Shown here: positions 27,255 through 37,134 of the stretch, in pieces
Layout of the letters: each line of letters begins with the position of its first letter
How positions within the stretch are numbered: the stretch's first letter is position 1
NCBI GenBank assembly: GCA_031385805.1
Contig: JANNBU010000375.1
Coordinates: 1 to 49,257 of the forward strand
Reading direction: 5' to 3'
Length of the DNA stretch: 49,257 nucleotides
Source of the DNA: Ferruginibacter sp.
GTDB lineage: Bacteria > Bacteroidota > Bacteroidia > Chitinophagales > Chitinophagaceae
Notes under the pieces: generated by a model
Seen by the model: only the letters and a program-made list of their open reading frames with translations
Told to the model about the DNA's origin: nothing
The model's database searches: none
Position numbers and translations under genes: made by a program

Positions 27255-28463
27255 ATGCCGCAACAATTATCTACTGTACAACTACTTTCTATTGCATCTG
27301 AATTTGGCACCCCTGTATATATATACCATGCCGAAAAGATCTCAGAACAATACAACAAATTAAAACAGGCATTCAGGTCATTTGATTCAAAAATATTCTA
27401 CGCTGCCAAATCACTTTCCAATGTAAATGTGCTTAAATACATTCAATCTATTGGTGCATCATTGGATTGCGTTAGCATCAATGAAGTGAAACTGGGCCTG
27501 TTGGCAGGATTCACAAATGACAATATTTTATACACCCCCAATTGTGTTGATTTTAATGAAATATTAGAAGCCAAAGAACTGGGGGTAAACATCAACATTG
27601 ACAATATTTCTATATTAGAACAGTTTGGAAATAAATTCGGCAACAGTTATCCCGTTTGCATCCGCCTCAATCCACACATCATGGCCGGTGGTAATTTTAA
27701 AATTTCTACGGGGCATGTTGACAGCAAATTTGGCATTTCCATTCATCAAATGAGGCATATTGAAAGGATCGTAAAAACAACCAACCTCCATGTTACCGGC
27801 ATTCACATGCATACCGGCAGCGAAATAAAAGACATCAATGTTTTTTTAATGGGATTAGAAGTAATGTTTGGTATGGCAGAACATTTTCCAAACCTTAGAT
27901 ACATCGACCTGGGAAGTGGTTTTAAAGTTCCCTACCAGCCGGGCGATACCGAAACCGATGTGCACCTCCTGGGAGAAAAAATAGCAGAAGCCTTTTCAAA
28001 ATACGAAACAGAAACGGGTAAAAAAATACAGGTCTGGTTTGAGCCGGGTAAATACTTAGTAAGCCAGGCAGGATATTTTGTTGTAAAAGCCAATGTGATC
28101 AAACAAACGCCTGCTACCGTTTTTGTTGGGGTAAACAGTGGGTTTAATCACCTCATCCGTCCTATGATGTACGAAGCTTATCACCATATTGAGAATATTT
28201 CCAACCCGAATGGAACGGAACGCATCTATACAGTTGTAGGCAATATCTGTGAAACGGATACATTCGCCTGGGACCGCACACTTACAGAGGTAAGAGAAGG
28301 TGATCACCTCGTTTTCTACAATGCCGGGGCCTATGGTTTTGAAATGTCGTCCAACTTCAACTCACGGTTAAAGCCAGCCGAAGTGCTGGTAAAAGATGGT
28401 AAGGCAACATTGATCCGTAAAGCCGATGTTTTTGAGGATTTGCTGAGGAACCAGGTTTTGTAA
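27255..28463 (+). CDS. lysA: Diaminopimelate decarboxylase
   Basis: FGTP.Y.Y, YAAK, SKFG, H.H.GS, DLG.G, EPG, G.ICE.D, GAYG..MSSNFN. Confidence 0.93.
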   Translation: MPQQLSTVQLLSIASEFGTPVYIYHAEKISEQYNKLKQAFRSFDSKIFYAAKSLSNVNVLKYIQSIGASLDCVSINEVKLGLLAGFTNDNILYTPNCVDFNEILEAKELGVNINIDNISILEQFGNKFGNSYPVCIRLNPHIMAGGNFKISTGHVDSKFGISIHQMRHIERIVKTTNLHVTGIHMHTGSEIKDINVFLMGLEVMFGMAEHFPNLRYIDLGSGFKVPYQPGDTETDVHLLGEKIAEAFSKYETETGKKIQVWFEPGKYLVSQAGYFVVKANVIKQTPATVFVGVNSGFNHLIRPMMYEAYHHIENISNPNGTERIYTVVGNICETDTFAWDRTLTEVREGDHLVFYNAGAYGFEMSSNFNSRLKPAEVLVKDGKATLIRKADVFEDLLRNQVL

Positions 28464-28466
28464 GCA

Positions 28467-28679
28467 GCCTCACCCTCAATCCCTCTCCTAAAGGAGAAGG
28501 AGGCCGGACAATTTATCTCGATTAGAAATTGTGCTAACAAATCAATTCTAAATTTTCATTCAACAGATTAGCTCAATCTTTATCTTCCTTAACCAAGTCG
28601 TAAATTAATCAGCAATTATTTAGACGTTAAATCAACTCTCTTTCCCCTCTCCCTGGGGAGAGGGGGTTGGGGGTGAGGC
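28467..28679. repeat. Inverted pair of CCCTCTCC/GGAGAGGG REP elements
   Basis: GCCTCACCCTCAATCCCTCTCCTAAAGGAGAAGG ... CCCCTCTCCCTGGGGAGAGGGGGTTGGGGGTGAGGC. Confidence 0.85.
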
Positions 28680-28765
28680 CTTTTAATTAAACATTAACTA
28701 TACCACACCCAAATTAGGTTTGCCAATATGAATTTTTATTTCAACATTTATGCGGGCAAAAATCA

Positions 28766-31700
28766 ATGCCCGTAAAAACTTCAGTTATGAACCCCGGCCA
28801 TCCCTTCTTCCAAAACAAAAAAATTGTTTTTTTTCTTTCATTTTTTTTAATCGCAGCAATCTCACTGGTTTCCTGCAAAAAAAATTTAAAATGGATCGAT
28901 GTAGATCCTGCATTCTCAAAATACATTGAGGCGTACAGTACAGGAATTGTATCAAAAACTACTTCCATACGGATACAGTTAGCCGCAGATGCATCTACAA
29001 CTCATACAGTGGGACAACGTGTTAAAGAAACATTGTTTGAATTTTCTCCTTCAGTTAAAGGTACTGCCACCTGGCTCGATGCAAGAACGATCGAATTCAA
29101 ACCGGAAAAATATTTAACCCCCGATCAGTTATATGAAGTTGATTTTAAACTTGGCAAAGTAACCAACGTACCTGCAAAATTCAGTGAATTTAAATTCAGC
29201 CTGCAAACGATCAAGCCGGCTTTTAAAGTAATGCAATATGGTTTGCGCAGTGCAAATGAAAAAAATAAAATGTTTTTAAATGGTGATGTGCTTACTGCTG
29301 ATGCAGAAGAAGCCTCAAAAGTTGAAAAATTATTATCTGCTTTACAAAACAGCAAAGCATATAAGATAAGCTGGCAACACAGCAATGCCAATAAAACACA
29401 CAGTTTTACCGTAAGCAATATTGAACGTACCGCTAAAGAAACCCCGTTTGTACTTAAATGGAATGGCAGCCAGGTTAATATAAAAAATGACGGAGAACAA
29501 ACCATTACAGTTCCGGCTGCCGGTGATTTTAAAGTACTGAATGTAATGGCTGTGAATGATGCACAACAATATGCGTCTGTGCAGTTCAGTGATGCTATTG
29601 CAGTTGGACAGGACCTTACCGGTCTAATAACAGTAAGCAACCAATCTGATGTTTCCTTTACGATCAATGGAAGTGAGGTAAAATTATTTGTCGGGGGAAA
29701 ACTTGATGGCAATTATACAGTAAATGTAAATGCAGGTATAAAGAATATTTGGGGTGGAAGTTTGGAAAGCGGGTTTACATCCAATGTTGTTTTTGAGAAC
29801 CGCATGCCGAATGTAAAGATCCAGGGAAAAGGAAATATACTTCCCACATCTGGCAAACTGATCTTACCATTTGACGCAGTAAACTTAAGTGCTGTTGATA
29901 TAAGTATCATCAAGATATTTGAAAATAATGTTCCGCAATTCTTACAGGAAAATGACCTGGGTGGTAATAATGAATTGCGCAGGGTCTCAAAACCCATTGT
30001 ACAAAAAACATTGAGATTGGATGATGACAAAACACTTGACCTGCATCGCAAACAACGTTTTTCACTTGATATAGATAAATTCCTGAAAACCGAACCCGGT
30101 GCCATTTACAGGGTAACGATCGGCTTCAGGCCACAATATTCTTTATATAGCAAAACAGTTGTTGATACAACAAAACAGGAAGAAGCCGATGAGGAAGATG
30201 GAGGATATTCTGATGAATATGAATCTTACGCTGCAAATAGCAAAGATGATGACGAAGAATTCTGGGACAGGTATGATACTTATTATCCTTATGGCTACAA
30301 CTGGTCACGCAGGGATGACCCCAACAGCAAATCATATTACAACAAAGACAGGTGGGCAACCAGGAATATTTTAGCAAGCAATATCGGACTAACAGCCAAG
30401 CGTGGCGGAAATAACAGTATGATGGTTGCAGTAAGTAATATTCTAACGACCGAACCGATGGGTGCAGTAGAGCTCAATATATTGGATTACCAGTTGCAGC
30501 TGATAAGCAAAACAACCAGTAGCAATGATGGGTTTGCAATGGTCGACCTGAAACACAAGCCTTATTTACTGATCGCTAAAAAAGGAAAAGAACGCGGCTA
30601 TTTAAAATTAGATGATGGAAGTTCACTGGCGCTTGGTCGCTTTGATGTGAGCGGTGAAGAAATTAAAAATGGTATCAAAGGATTTATTTTCGGTGAACGT
30701 GGCGTATGGCGGCCGGGCGACAGCATGTATATCAATTGCATCATTGAAGACAAAACAGGAAACCTTCCCAAAGATCACCCGGTAGAATTTAATTTGTTTA
30801 CACCACAGGGTCAGTTATATCGTCATGCCGTTCAAAACGATGCCAGTGATGGTTTTTATGTATTTAAAACTGCTACTGATGCCGCAGCGCCAACGGGTAA
30901 CTGGACGGTAAAAATTAAAGTAGGCGGTGCCGTATTTGACAAAAAGATCAAGATAGAAACGATCATGCCTAACCGCTTAAAGATAAATCTTGATTTTGGA
31001 AAGGATGCCATACTTGGCAGCAACAGCGCATCAACCGGTAATTTAAATGCAGCATGGTTATTTGGTGCACCGGGCAAGAACCTGAAAGCTAAGATTGACG
31101 CATCCCTGTATTCAAGAAAAACAGTGTTCCCAAAATTTGCTGGTTTTAATTTTGATGATCCTACCACGAATTATTCCACTCAAAGCAAAACTGTTTTTGA
31201 TGGAAGCTTAGATGAAACCGGTAATGGTACTGTAAAACCAGATTTTGAAATTGAAGGTGAAGCACCGGGCATGCTTACAGCTAATTTATTGGTGAAAGTT
31301 TTTGAACCCGGTGGAAGTTTTAGTATTGATAATATGTCGATCCCATACAGTCCTTATGAGAGTTATGCGGGAATGAAATTGCCCGACGGAGAAAAACCAT
31401 TTGATTATTTACTGGCAGGAAAATCCCACACTATACAAATCGTAAATGTCGACAGTAAAGGAAACCTCATTCCGGGTAAAAGTGAAATGGAAGTGGAATT
31501 TTATCGTATTCAATGGCGTTGGTGGTGGGATGAAGGCGGCGACAACCTCAGCAACTTTACACAGGATGAATACAATAAGCTAATAAAAAAAGATACAGTC
31601 AGTTTGGTAAATGGAAGAGGGCAATGGCAGTTTGGCACTACCGGAGATGAATGGGGCCGGTATCTGATATTAGTAAAAGATAAAAAAAGCGCCCATACAA

Positions 31701-34384
31701 GCGGTTCAACATTTTACATCGATGAACCGGGTTGGCAAAGTCGTTCAGGTAATGATGATCAATCTGCCGCATCTATGTTATCTTTTACAAGCAACAAAGA
31801 AAAATACAATGTGGGTGATGAGATCAGTCTTACAATCCCCAGTTCAAAAGGAGGCAGGATGCTGGTTAGTTTGGAAAACGGCAGCCATGTGATCAAATCT
31901 TTCTGGAAAGAAACCGTGCAGGGACAAACCATTGTAAAGTTCAATGCCGATGCCGAAATGGCTCCCAATATTTATGCAACTGTAAGTTTGTTACAACCAC
32001 ATGCACAAACGATCAACGATCTGCCCATAAGAATGTATGGCTCCATTCCCATTTTTGTAGAAGACAAGAATACCATTCTTACACCGGTCATTTCCATGCC
32101 CGCAAGTATAAGGCCCGAACAGCAGGTTTCCATAACAGTTAGTGAGCAACAGGGAAAAGAAATGACCTATTGTATTGCTGTTGTTGATGAAGGATTACTT
32201 GACCTCACCAGGTTTAAAACACCCGACCCACATGCAGCATTCTATGCAAGAGAAGCATTGGGTGTAAAAACTTTCGACTTATTCGATCACGTAATCGGCG
32301 CCTGGGGTGGCGACCTCGAAAGAATACTTACCATTGGTGGTGATGCAGATGCAGGACCGGCAAAACAAAAAACCGCTAACCGTTTTAAACCCGTGGTAAA
32401 ATATCTCGGCCCATTCCATCTAAACAAAGGGCAGAAGCAAACACAAACCTTTAAAATGCCTTCATACATTGGTTCCGTAAAAACAATGGTTGTTGCTGCA
32501 CACAAGGGAAGTTATGGTTTTGCTGATAAAGCAGTGGCAGTCAAAAAACCGGTAATGGTATTGACAACGATGCCCAGGGTTTTGTCGCCTGGTGAGATCA
32601 TTAAACTGCCGGTCACTGTTTTTGCAATGGAAAATAATATCAAGGCTGTTAAGGTCAATCTTCAGTCGAATACTTTTATGGAAGTTATCGGCAATCCTTC
32701 TCAAACAGTTAATTTTATTTCAACAGGTGAGCAGCTTGCTTACTTTGATGTAAAAATTAAAAATGCGGTTGGTATTGGTAAAGTAAAAGTAATGGCATCT
32801 TCGGGTTCAGAAAATGCAAGTGATGAGGTAGAGATAGATATCAGGAATCCGAATCCTGTTATTACAAATGTGCAACAGATCACGCTTGCTCCCGGACAGC
32901 AATGGAATGTATCTGCATCACCAATAGGTATAGCTGCTTTGAGTACATCAACAGTAGAAATATCTTCTATTCCATCCATGAACCTGCAAAAGCGATTAAG
33001 CTATTTGATTGAATATCCGCATGGATGTATTGAACAAACAACTTCAGCAGTTTTTCCGCAATTGGTATTGAACCAGTTGACGGAATTAGACGACTATAGA
33101 AAATCACTGATAGATAAAAACGTAAAAGCAGGATTGGCAAGACTGCAGTATTTCCAAAGGCCCGATGGCGGCTTCAGTTATTGGCCGGGTGGCAATGAAA
33201 GCGATGAATGGGGCTCAAACTATGCCGGGCATTTTTTACTCGAAGCGCAGAACAATGGATTTTTTGTAAGTGATTATATGTTGCAGCAATGGAAGAATTT
33301 CCAACGCGGCAAGGCAAATAACTGGGCACCTTCCACAACCAATTTTTATGGGGGCGATCTTTCACAGGCTTACAGGTTATATACACTTGCACTGGCAAAA
33401 TCTGCAGAACTGGGCGCTATGAACAGGTTGAAGGAATTCAAATATTTATCAACGGAGGCAAAATGGCGGTTAGCCGCAGCTTATAAGCTGGCTGGGCAGG
33501 ACAATACAGCCCTTGACCTTGTAAGCGGGCTTTCCTATACATTCCCGGTGCGTATGTATGCCGGGTATACTTATGGTTCCGACCTCAGAGATGAAGCAAT
33601 GGTATTGGAAACACTCACACTATTGGGTAAACGAGATAAAGCTGCAGAAGTTTTAACGATGGTTGCAGCAAAATTATCGGATGATGGCTGGTATAGTACG
33701 CAAACAACTGCCTATTCACTGATCGCTATTGCAAAATACTGTGGTAAGAATAAATCAGGTGCAAAGATCCTGGCAACAGCCAATATCAATGGAAACAAAG
33801 CTGATATCAATTCCGCAGCTTACTTAAGACAAATACCTGTATTATTTAAGAACGGGAATGTGCCGGTAAATATTACCAACAAAGGAAATAATACGCTCTA
33901 TCTAAAACTGATCACAAGGGGCCAGCCACTTACGGGAGATAGTGTGAAGCCTGTGAGCAATCCTGCAGTGCTTAGTATGAGCATTGCCTATATTTCCCAA
34001 AATGCCTCACCGGTGGATATTTCTAAACTAACCCAGGGAACTGATTTTATTGCAAAAGTTACCATCAAAAACCCAGGTAAACGTGGCATGTACACGCAGA
34101 TGGCATTGTCTCAAATGTTCCCTTCCGGCTGGGAAATACTAAATGCACGTATGATGGATGGTGAAGGCGCTTTTAAATCATCGCCTTTCACTTACCAGGA
34201 TGTGAGGGATGACAGGGTGTACAGTTATTTCAATATCAGGGAGAATGAAACGCTTACTTATTATATACAGTTGAATGCGGCTTATCTTGGTAAGTATTAT
34301 TTACCTTCCACCGTTTGCGAGGCAATGTATGATCATACGATCACGGCTGCAAGCGGAGGCAAGTGGATAGAAGTAGTTAATTGA
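28766..34384 (+). CDS. Bacterial alpha-2-macroglobulin lipoprotein
   Basis: Lipobox LVSC; ERGVWRPGD, AVVDEG.L, thioester YPHGCIEQ, DVRDDR; followed by pbpC. Confidence 0.95.
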   Translation: MPVKTSVMNPGHPFFQNKKIVFFLSFFLIAAISLVSCKKNLKWIDVDPAFSKYIEAYSTGIVSKTTSIRIQLAADASTTHTVGQRVKETLFEFSPSVKGTATWLDARTIEFKPEKYLTPDQLYEVDFKLGKVTNVPAKFSEFKFSLQTIKPAFKVMQYGLRSANEKNKMFLNGDVLTADAEEASKVEKLLSALQNSKAYKISWQHSNANKTHSFTVSNIERTAKETPFVLKWNGSQVNIKNDGEQTITVPAAGDFKVLNVMAVNDAQQYASVQFSDAIAVGQDLTGLITVSNQSDVSFTINGSEVKLFVGGKLDGNYTVNVNAGIKNIWGGSLESGFTSNVVFENRMPNVKIQGKGNILPTSGKLILPFDAVNLSAVDISIIKIFENNVPQFLQENDLGGNNELRRVSKPIVQKTLRLDDDKTLDLHRKQRFSLDIDKFLKTEPGAIYRVTIGFRPQYSLYSKTVVDTTKQEEADEEDGGYSDEYESYAANSKDDDEEFWDRYDTYYPYGYNWSRRDDPNSKSYYNKDRWATRNILASNIGLTAKRGGNNSMMVAVSNILTTEPMGAVELNILDYQLQLISKTTSSNDGFAMVDLKHKPYLLIAKKGKERGYLKLDDGSSLALGRFDVSGEEIKNGIKGFIFGERGVWRPGDSMYINCIIEDKTGNLPKDHPVEFNLFTPQGQLYRHAVQNDASDGFYVFKTATDAAAPTGNWTVKIKVGGAVFDKKIKIETIMPNRLKINLDFGKDAILGSNSASTGNLNAAWLFGAPGKNLKAKIDASLYSRKTVFPKFAGFNFDDPTTNYSTQSKTVFDGSLDETGNGTVKPDFEIEGEAPGMLTANLLVKVFEPGGSFSIDNMSIPYSPYESYAGMKLPDGEKPFDYLLAGKSHTIQIVNVDSKGNLIPGKSEMEVEFYRIQWRWWWDEGGDNLSNFTQDEYNKLIKKDTVSLVNGRGQWQFGTTGDEWGRYLILVKDKKSAHTSGSTFYIDEPGWQSRSGNDDQSAASMLSFTSNKEKYNVGDEISLTIPSSKGGRMLVSLENGSHVIKSFWKETVQGQTIVKFNADAEMAPNIYATVSLLQPHAQTINDLPIRMYGSIPIFVEDKNTILTPVISMPASIRPEQQVSITVSEQQGKEMTYCIAVVDEGLLDLTRFKTPDPHAAFYAREALGVKTFDLFDHVIGAWGGDLERILTIGGDADAGPAKQKTANRFKPVVKYLGPFHLNKGQKQTQTFKMPSYIGSVKTMVVAAHKGSYGFADKAVAVKKPVMVLTTMPRVLSPGEIIKLPVTVFAMENNIKAVKVNLQSNTFMEVIGNPSQTVNFISTGEQLAYFDVKIKNAVGIGKVKVMASSGSENASDEVEIDIRNPNPVITNVQQITLAPGQQWNVSASPIGIAALSTSTVEISSIPSMNLQKRLSYLIEYPHGCIEQTTSAVFPQLVLNQLTELDDYRKSLIDKNVKAGLARLQYFQRPDGGFSYWPGGNESDEWGSNYAGHFLLEAQNNGFFVSDYMLQQWKNFQRGKANNWAPSTTNFYGGDLSQAYRLYTLALAKSAELGAMNRLKEFKYLSTEAKWRLAAAYKLAGQDNTALDLVSGLSYTFPVRMYAGYTYGSDLRDEAMVLETLTLLGKRDKAAEVLTMVAAKLSDDGWYSTQTTAYSLIAIAKYCGKNKSGAKILATANINGNKADINSAAYLRQIPVLFKNGNVPVNITNKGNNTLYLKLITRGQPLTGDSVKPVSNPAVLSMSIAYISQNASPVDISKLTQGTDFIAKVTIKNPGKRGMYTQMALSQMFPSGWEILNARMMDGEGAFKSSPFTYQDVRDDRVYSYFNIRENETLTYYIQLNAAYLGKYYLPSTVCEAMYDHTITAASGGKWIEVVN

Positions 34385-34463
34385 TTATTGAGCATTGAAT
34401 ATTGATTATTGAACATCATTATTTTAATGTTCAATAATCAAGGCTCGACTATCAATGTTCAAT
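34380..34463. repeat. Inverted short-tandem-repeat element (7-nt ATTGA / TCAAT units)
   Basis: ATTGATT ATTGAGC ATTGAAT ATTGATT ATTGAAC ... perfect 14-bp IR at 34402-34415 / 34428-34441. Confidence 0.85.
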
Positions 34464-34535
34464 TTAAAAGCAACATTCGGTGCATATAATATATTTTACA
34501 ACTAATAATTAATTTTAGAGTTAAACCATTCTCCT

Positions 34536-34572
34536 CCCCCTCTCCTAAAGGAGAGGGGTTAGGGGTGAGGCT
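34536..34572. repeat. Single CCCCTCTCC/GGAGAGGGG REP abutting the pbpC start
   Basis: CCCCCTCTCCTAAAGGAGAGGGGTTAGGGGTGAGGCT followed directly by ATG. Confidence 0.85.
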
Positions 34573-36945
34573 ATGAAAAATATCTTTACTCATATCACCA
34601 AACGCAAAGCCATTATCGCTTTGTTATTGATCCTATGTTTTCTATTCTGGTTCATGCTCCCCAAAAAACTTTTCACCACTCCCACCAGTTATGTCATTGA
34701 AGATGCCAATGGAAATTTATTAAACGCCTCCATCGCCTCAGACGGTCAATGGCGTTTTCCTTATAATAAAAATGTTCCAAAGAAATTCATTGATTGCATC
34801 ACAACGTTTGAAGACAAACGCTTTTTTGAACATCCGGGAGTAGACATTACCTCTATTGCTAGAGCAACACTCGCCAATATCAAACACGGGCATATAACCG
34901 AAGGTGGCAGCACCATTACCATGCAGGTGATCAGGTTGGCAGGAAAAAACAATGAACGCAGTATCTGGAATAAATTAAAAGAAACTGTGATGGCTCTTCG
35001 ACTTGAAATGTCATATTCAAAAAAAGAGATCATTGGTTTATATGCATCCAATGCGCCATTCGGCAGCAATGTAGTTGGATTGGATGCAGCGGCTTGGCGC
35101 TATTTTGGAAGGAATGCAGCAAAACTCAGCTGGGGCGAAATGGCAACGCTGGCTGTTCTTCCAAATGCACCTTCATTGGTTCACCCGGGAAAGAACAGGG
35201 AAGTATTATTGGCAAAAAGAAACAGGTTATTGGATAAACTTGCTGCGTCAGGAAAATTGTCAGTCGAAAATGCAGCATTGGCAAAATTAGAACCGCTACC
35301 TATAAAACCTTTGGCCTTACCACAGGACGCCCCGCATTTATTACAAAGATTTAAACAGGAGAATAAGAAACTGCTTACTTCAACAAAACTGCAAACAACA
35401 ATTGATGGTATACTGCAACAAAATGTCATTAAAATTTTAGAACAACATCATCAGCTATTAAAAGGCAATGGTATCAATAATATTTGTGCGCTTGTATTGG
35501 ATGTGGAAACCGGGAACACATTGGCTTATGTTGGTAATATTTACAACAGAGCAAACAAGGAATTAGAAAGCGATGTCGATGTGATCGCTGCACCACGCAG
35601 TCCGGGTAGTGCATTAAAACCAATTTTATATGCAGCGATGTTGAGTGATGGGATCATCTTACCCAATTCACTTGTTCCTGATATCCCTACAGAAATTGGT
35701 GGCTACACTCCTCAGAATTTTGACCTTGAATATGATGGCGCCGTTCCTGCAAACCGTGCACTGGCACGCAGTTTAAATATACCTGCAGTCAGGTTGTTGC
35801 AGCAATACAAGTATCAACGCTTTTATGAAACCCTGCAACAATGCGGCATCAATACTTTAAAAAATCCCGCAGATTTTTATGGCCTGAGTTTGATATTGGG
35901 AGGCTGTGAAATAAAGATGTGGGAACTGGCAGGTTTGTATGCATCTTTTGCCAGGACACTTAATCACCAGGAAAAAAATAAAGGCATTTTAAATACCAGT
36001 GATTTTCATCCGCCATTATACTATGAACAGGAAAACAAAAAACAAACCAGGAACATAACCATAGACCCTACATCTATCTATTTCACATTCCAGGCCATGC
36101 AGGAAGTGATGAGGCCGGGAGAAGAAGGTTTGTGGCAGCAATTTTCATCCTCGCAAAAAATTGCGTGGAAAACAGGAACGAGTTTTGGTTTTCGTGATGG
36201 ATGGGCCATTGGCATCACCGCAAAAAATGTAGTAGCAGTTTGGGTTGGTAATACAGATGGAGAAGGGAGGCCGGGTTTAATCGGTGTAAATACGGCAGCA
36301 CCAGCCATGTTCGATATTTTTCGGCTACTGCCCAACGTTAAGTGGTTTGCAAAACCACAATACAATTATTCATACATCCCTGTCTGCAGGCAAACGGGTT
36401 TCAGGGCAAATGTTGATTGCCCGGATATTGATACCTTATTCATGCCGCCCAATGCCGGCAGATCTGCCTTATGTCCTTTTCATAAGATCATTCACTTAGA
36501 TGCAACAGGAAATTTCCAGGTAAATGAAACCTGTGAGAACACGGCAAACATGATCCATAAAAGCTGGTTCATCCTTCCACCCACGATGGAATATTATTAC
36601 AAACAACAGAACCATGATTATAAAATGCTTCCCGCATTCAAAGATGGTTGTATTGCATCAGAAACCGGTAAACAAATGGAGTTGATCTATCCACAACCCG
36701 ATGCAAAGATCTATGTGCCCATAGAAATAAACGGGCAAAAAGGGAAAACGATCTTTAAAGCAACGCATAAGAATAATAAAGCAAAAATTTTCTGGAGCTT
36801 AGATGATAATTTTATTACAACAACCGAATCCATTCATCAAATTGCCCTCAGCCCGGCAGCAGGAAAACATATTATTACGTTGACGGATGAACAGGGCGTA
36901 TCTATATCGCGGAGTTTTGAGATCATGGAAAAGGAGAAGAAATGA
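34573..36945 (+). CDS. pbpC: Penicillin-binding protein 1C
   Basis: EDKRF..H.GVD, GGSTITMQ, SPGSALKP, SLN, KTGTS; adjacent to A2M. Confidence 0.95.
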   Translation: MKNIFTHITKRKAIIALLLILCFLFWFMLPKKLFTTPTSYVIEDANGNLLNASIASDGQWRFPYNKNVPKKFIDCITTFEDKRFFEHPGVDITSIARATLANIKHGHITEGGSTITMQVIRLAGKNNERSIWNKLKETVMALRLEMSYSKKEIIGLYASNAPFGSNVVGLDAAAWRYFGRNAAKLSWGEMATLAVLPNAPSLVHPGKNREVLLAKRNRLLDKLAASGKLSVENAALAKLEPLPIKPLALPQDAPHLLQRFKQENKKLLTSTKLQTTIDGILQQNVIKILEQHHQLLKGNGINNICALVLDVETGNTLAYVGNIYNRANKELESDVDVIAAPRSPGSALKPILYAAMLSDGIILPNSLVPDIPTEIGGYTPQNFDLEYDGAVPANRALARSLNIPAVRLLQQYKYQRFYETLQQCGINTLKNPADFYGLSLILGGCEIKMWELAGLYASFARTLNHQEKNKGILNTSDFHPPLYYEQENKKQTRNITIDPTSIYFTFQAMQEVMRPGEEGLWQQFSSSQKIAWKTGTSFGFRDGWAIGITAKNVVAVWVGNTDGEGRPGLIGVNTAAPAMFDIFRLLPNVKWFAKPQYNYSYIPVCRQTGFRANVDCPDIDTLFMPPNAGRSALCPFHKIIHLDATGNFQVNETCENTANMIHKSWFILPPTMEYYYKQQNHDYKMLPAFKDGCIASETGKQMELIYPQPDAKIYVPIEINGQKGKTIFKATHKNNKAKIFWSLDDNFITTTESIHQIALSPAAGKHIITLTDEQGVSISRSFEIMEKEKK

Positions 36946-37046
36946 TTTTTATTGCCGCTATATTTTGTGGATCATTTTAATTTATTAAATGGGTGAATAG
37001 CAGATAGATCAAAAATAATTTTTGAAAGAGAGATTGTGTATATTTA

Positions 37047-37062
37047 TTGTTACCTGCAAGCC
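37047..37062 (+). repeat. attC-like core (GTT) at the 5' boundary of the HEPN gene
   Basis: TTGTTACCTGCAAGCC, 14/16 complementary to 38369-38384. Confidence 0.6.
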
Positions 37063-37134
37063 TCATTTGGCATTTAAGTCTGAATTTAACTTTCTTAAAG
37101 CGATCACTTGAATTTGTTTTCAAATACTTCTAGT

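Noticed and set aside
28766-36945. A2M-pbpC pair as a novel system
   Set aside because: Well-established conserved gene pair
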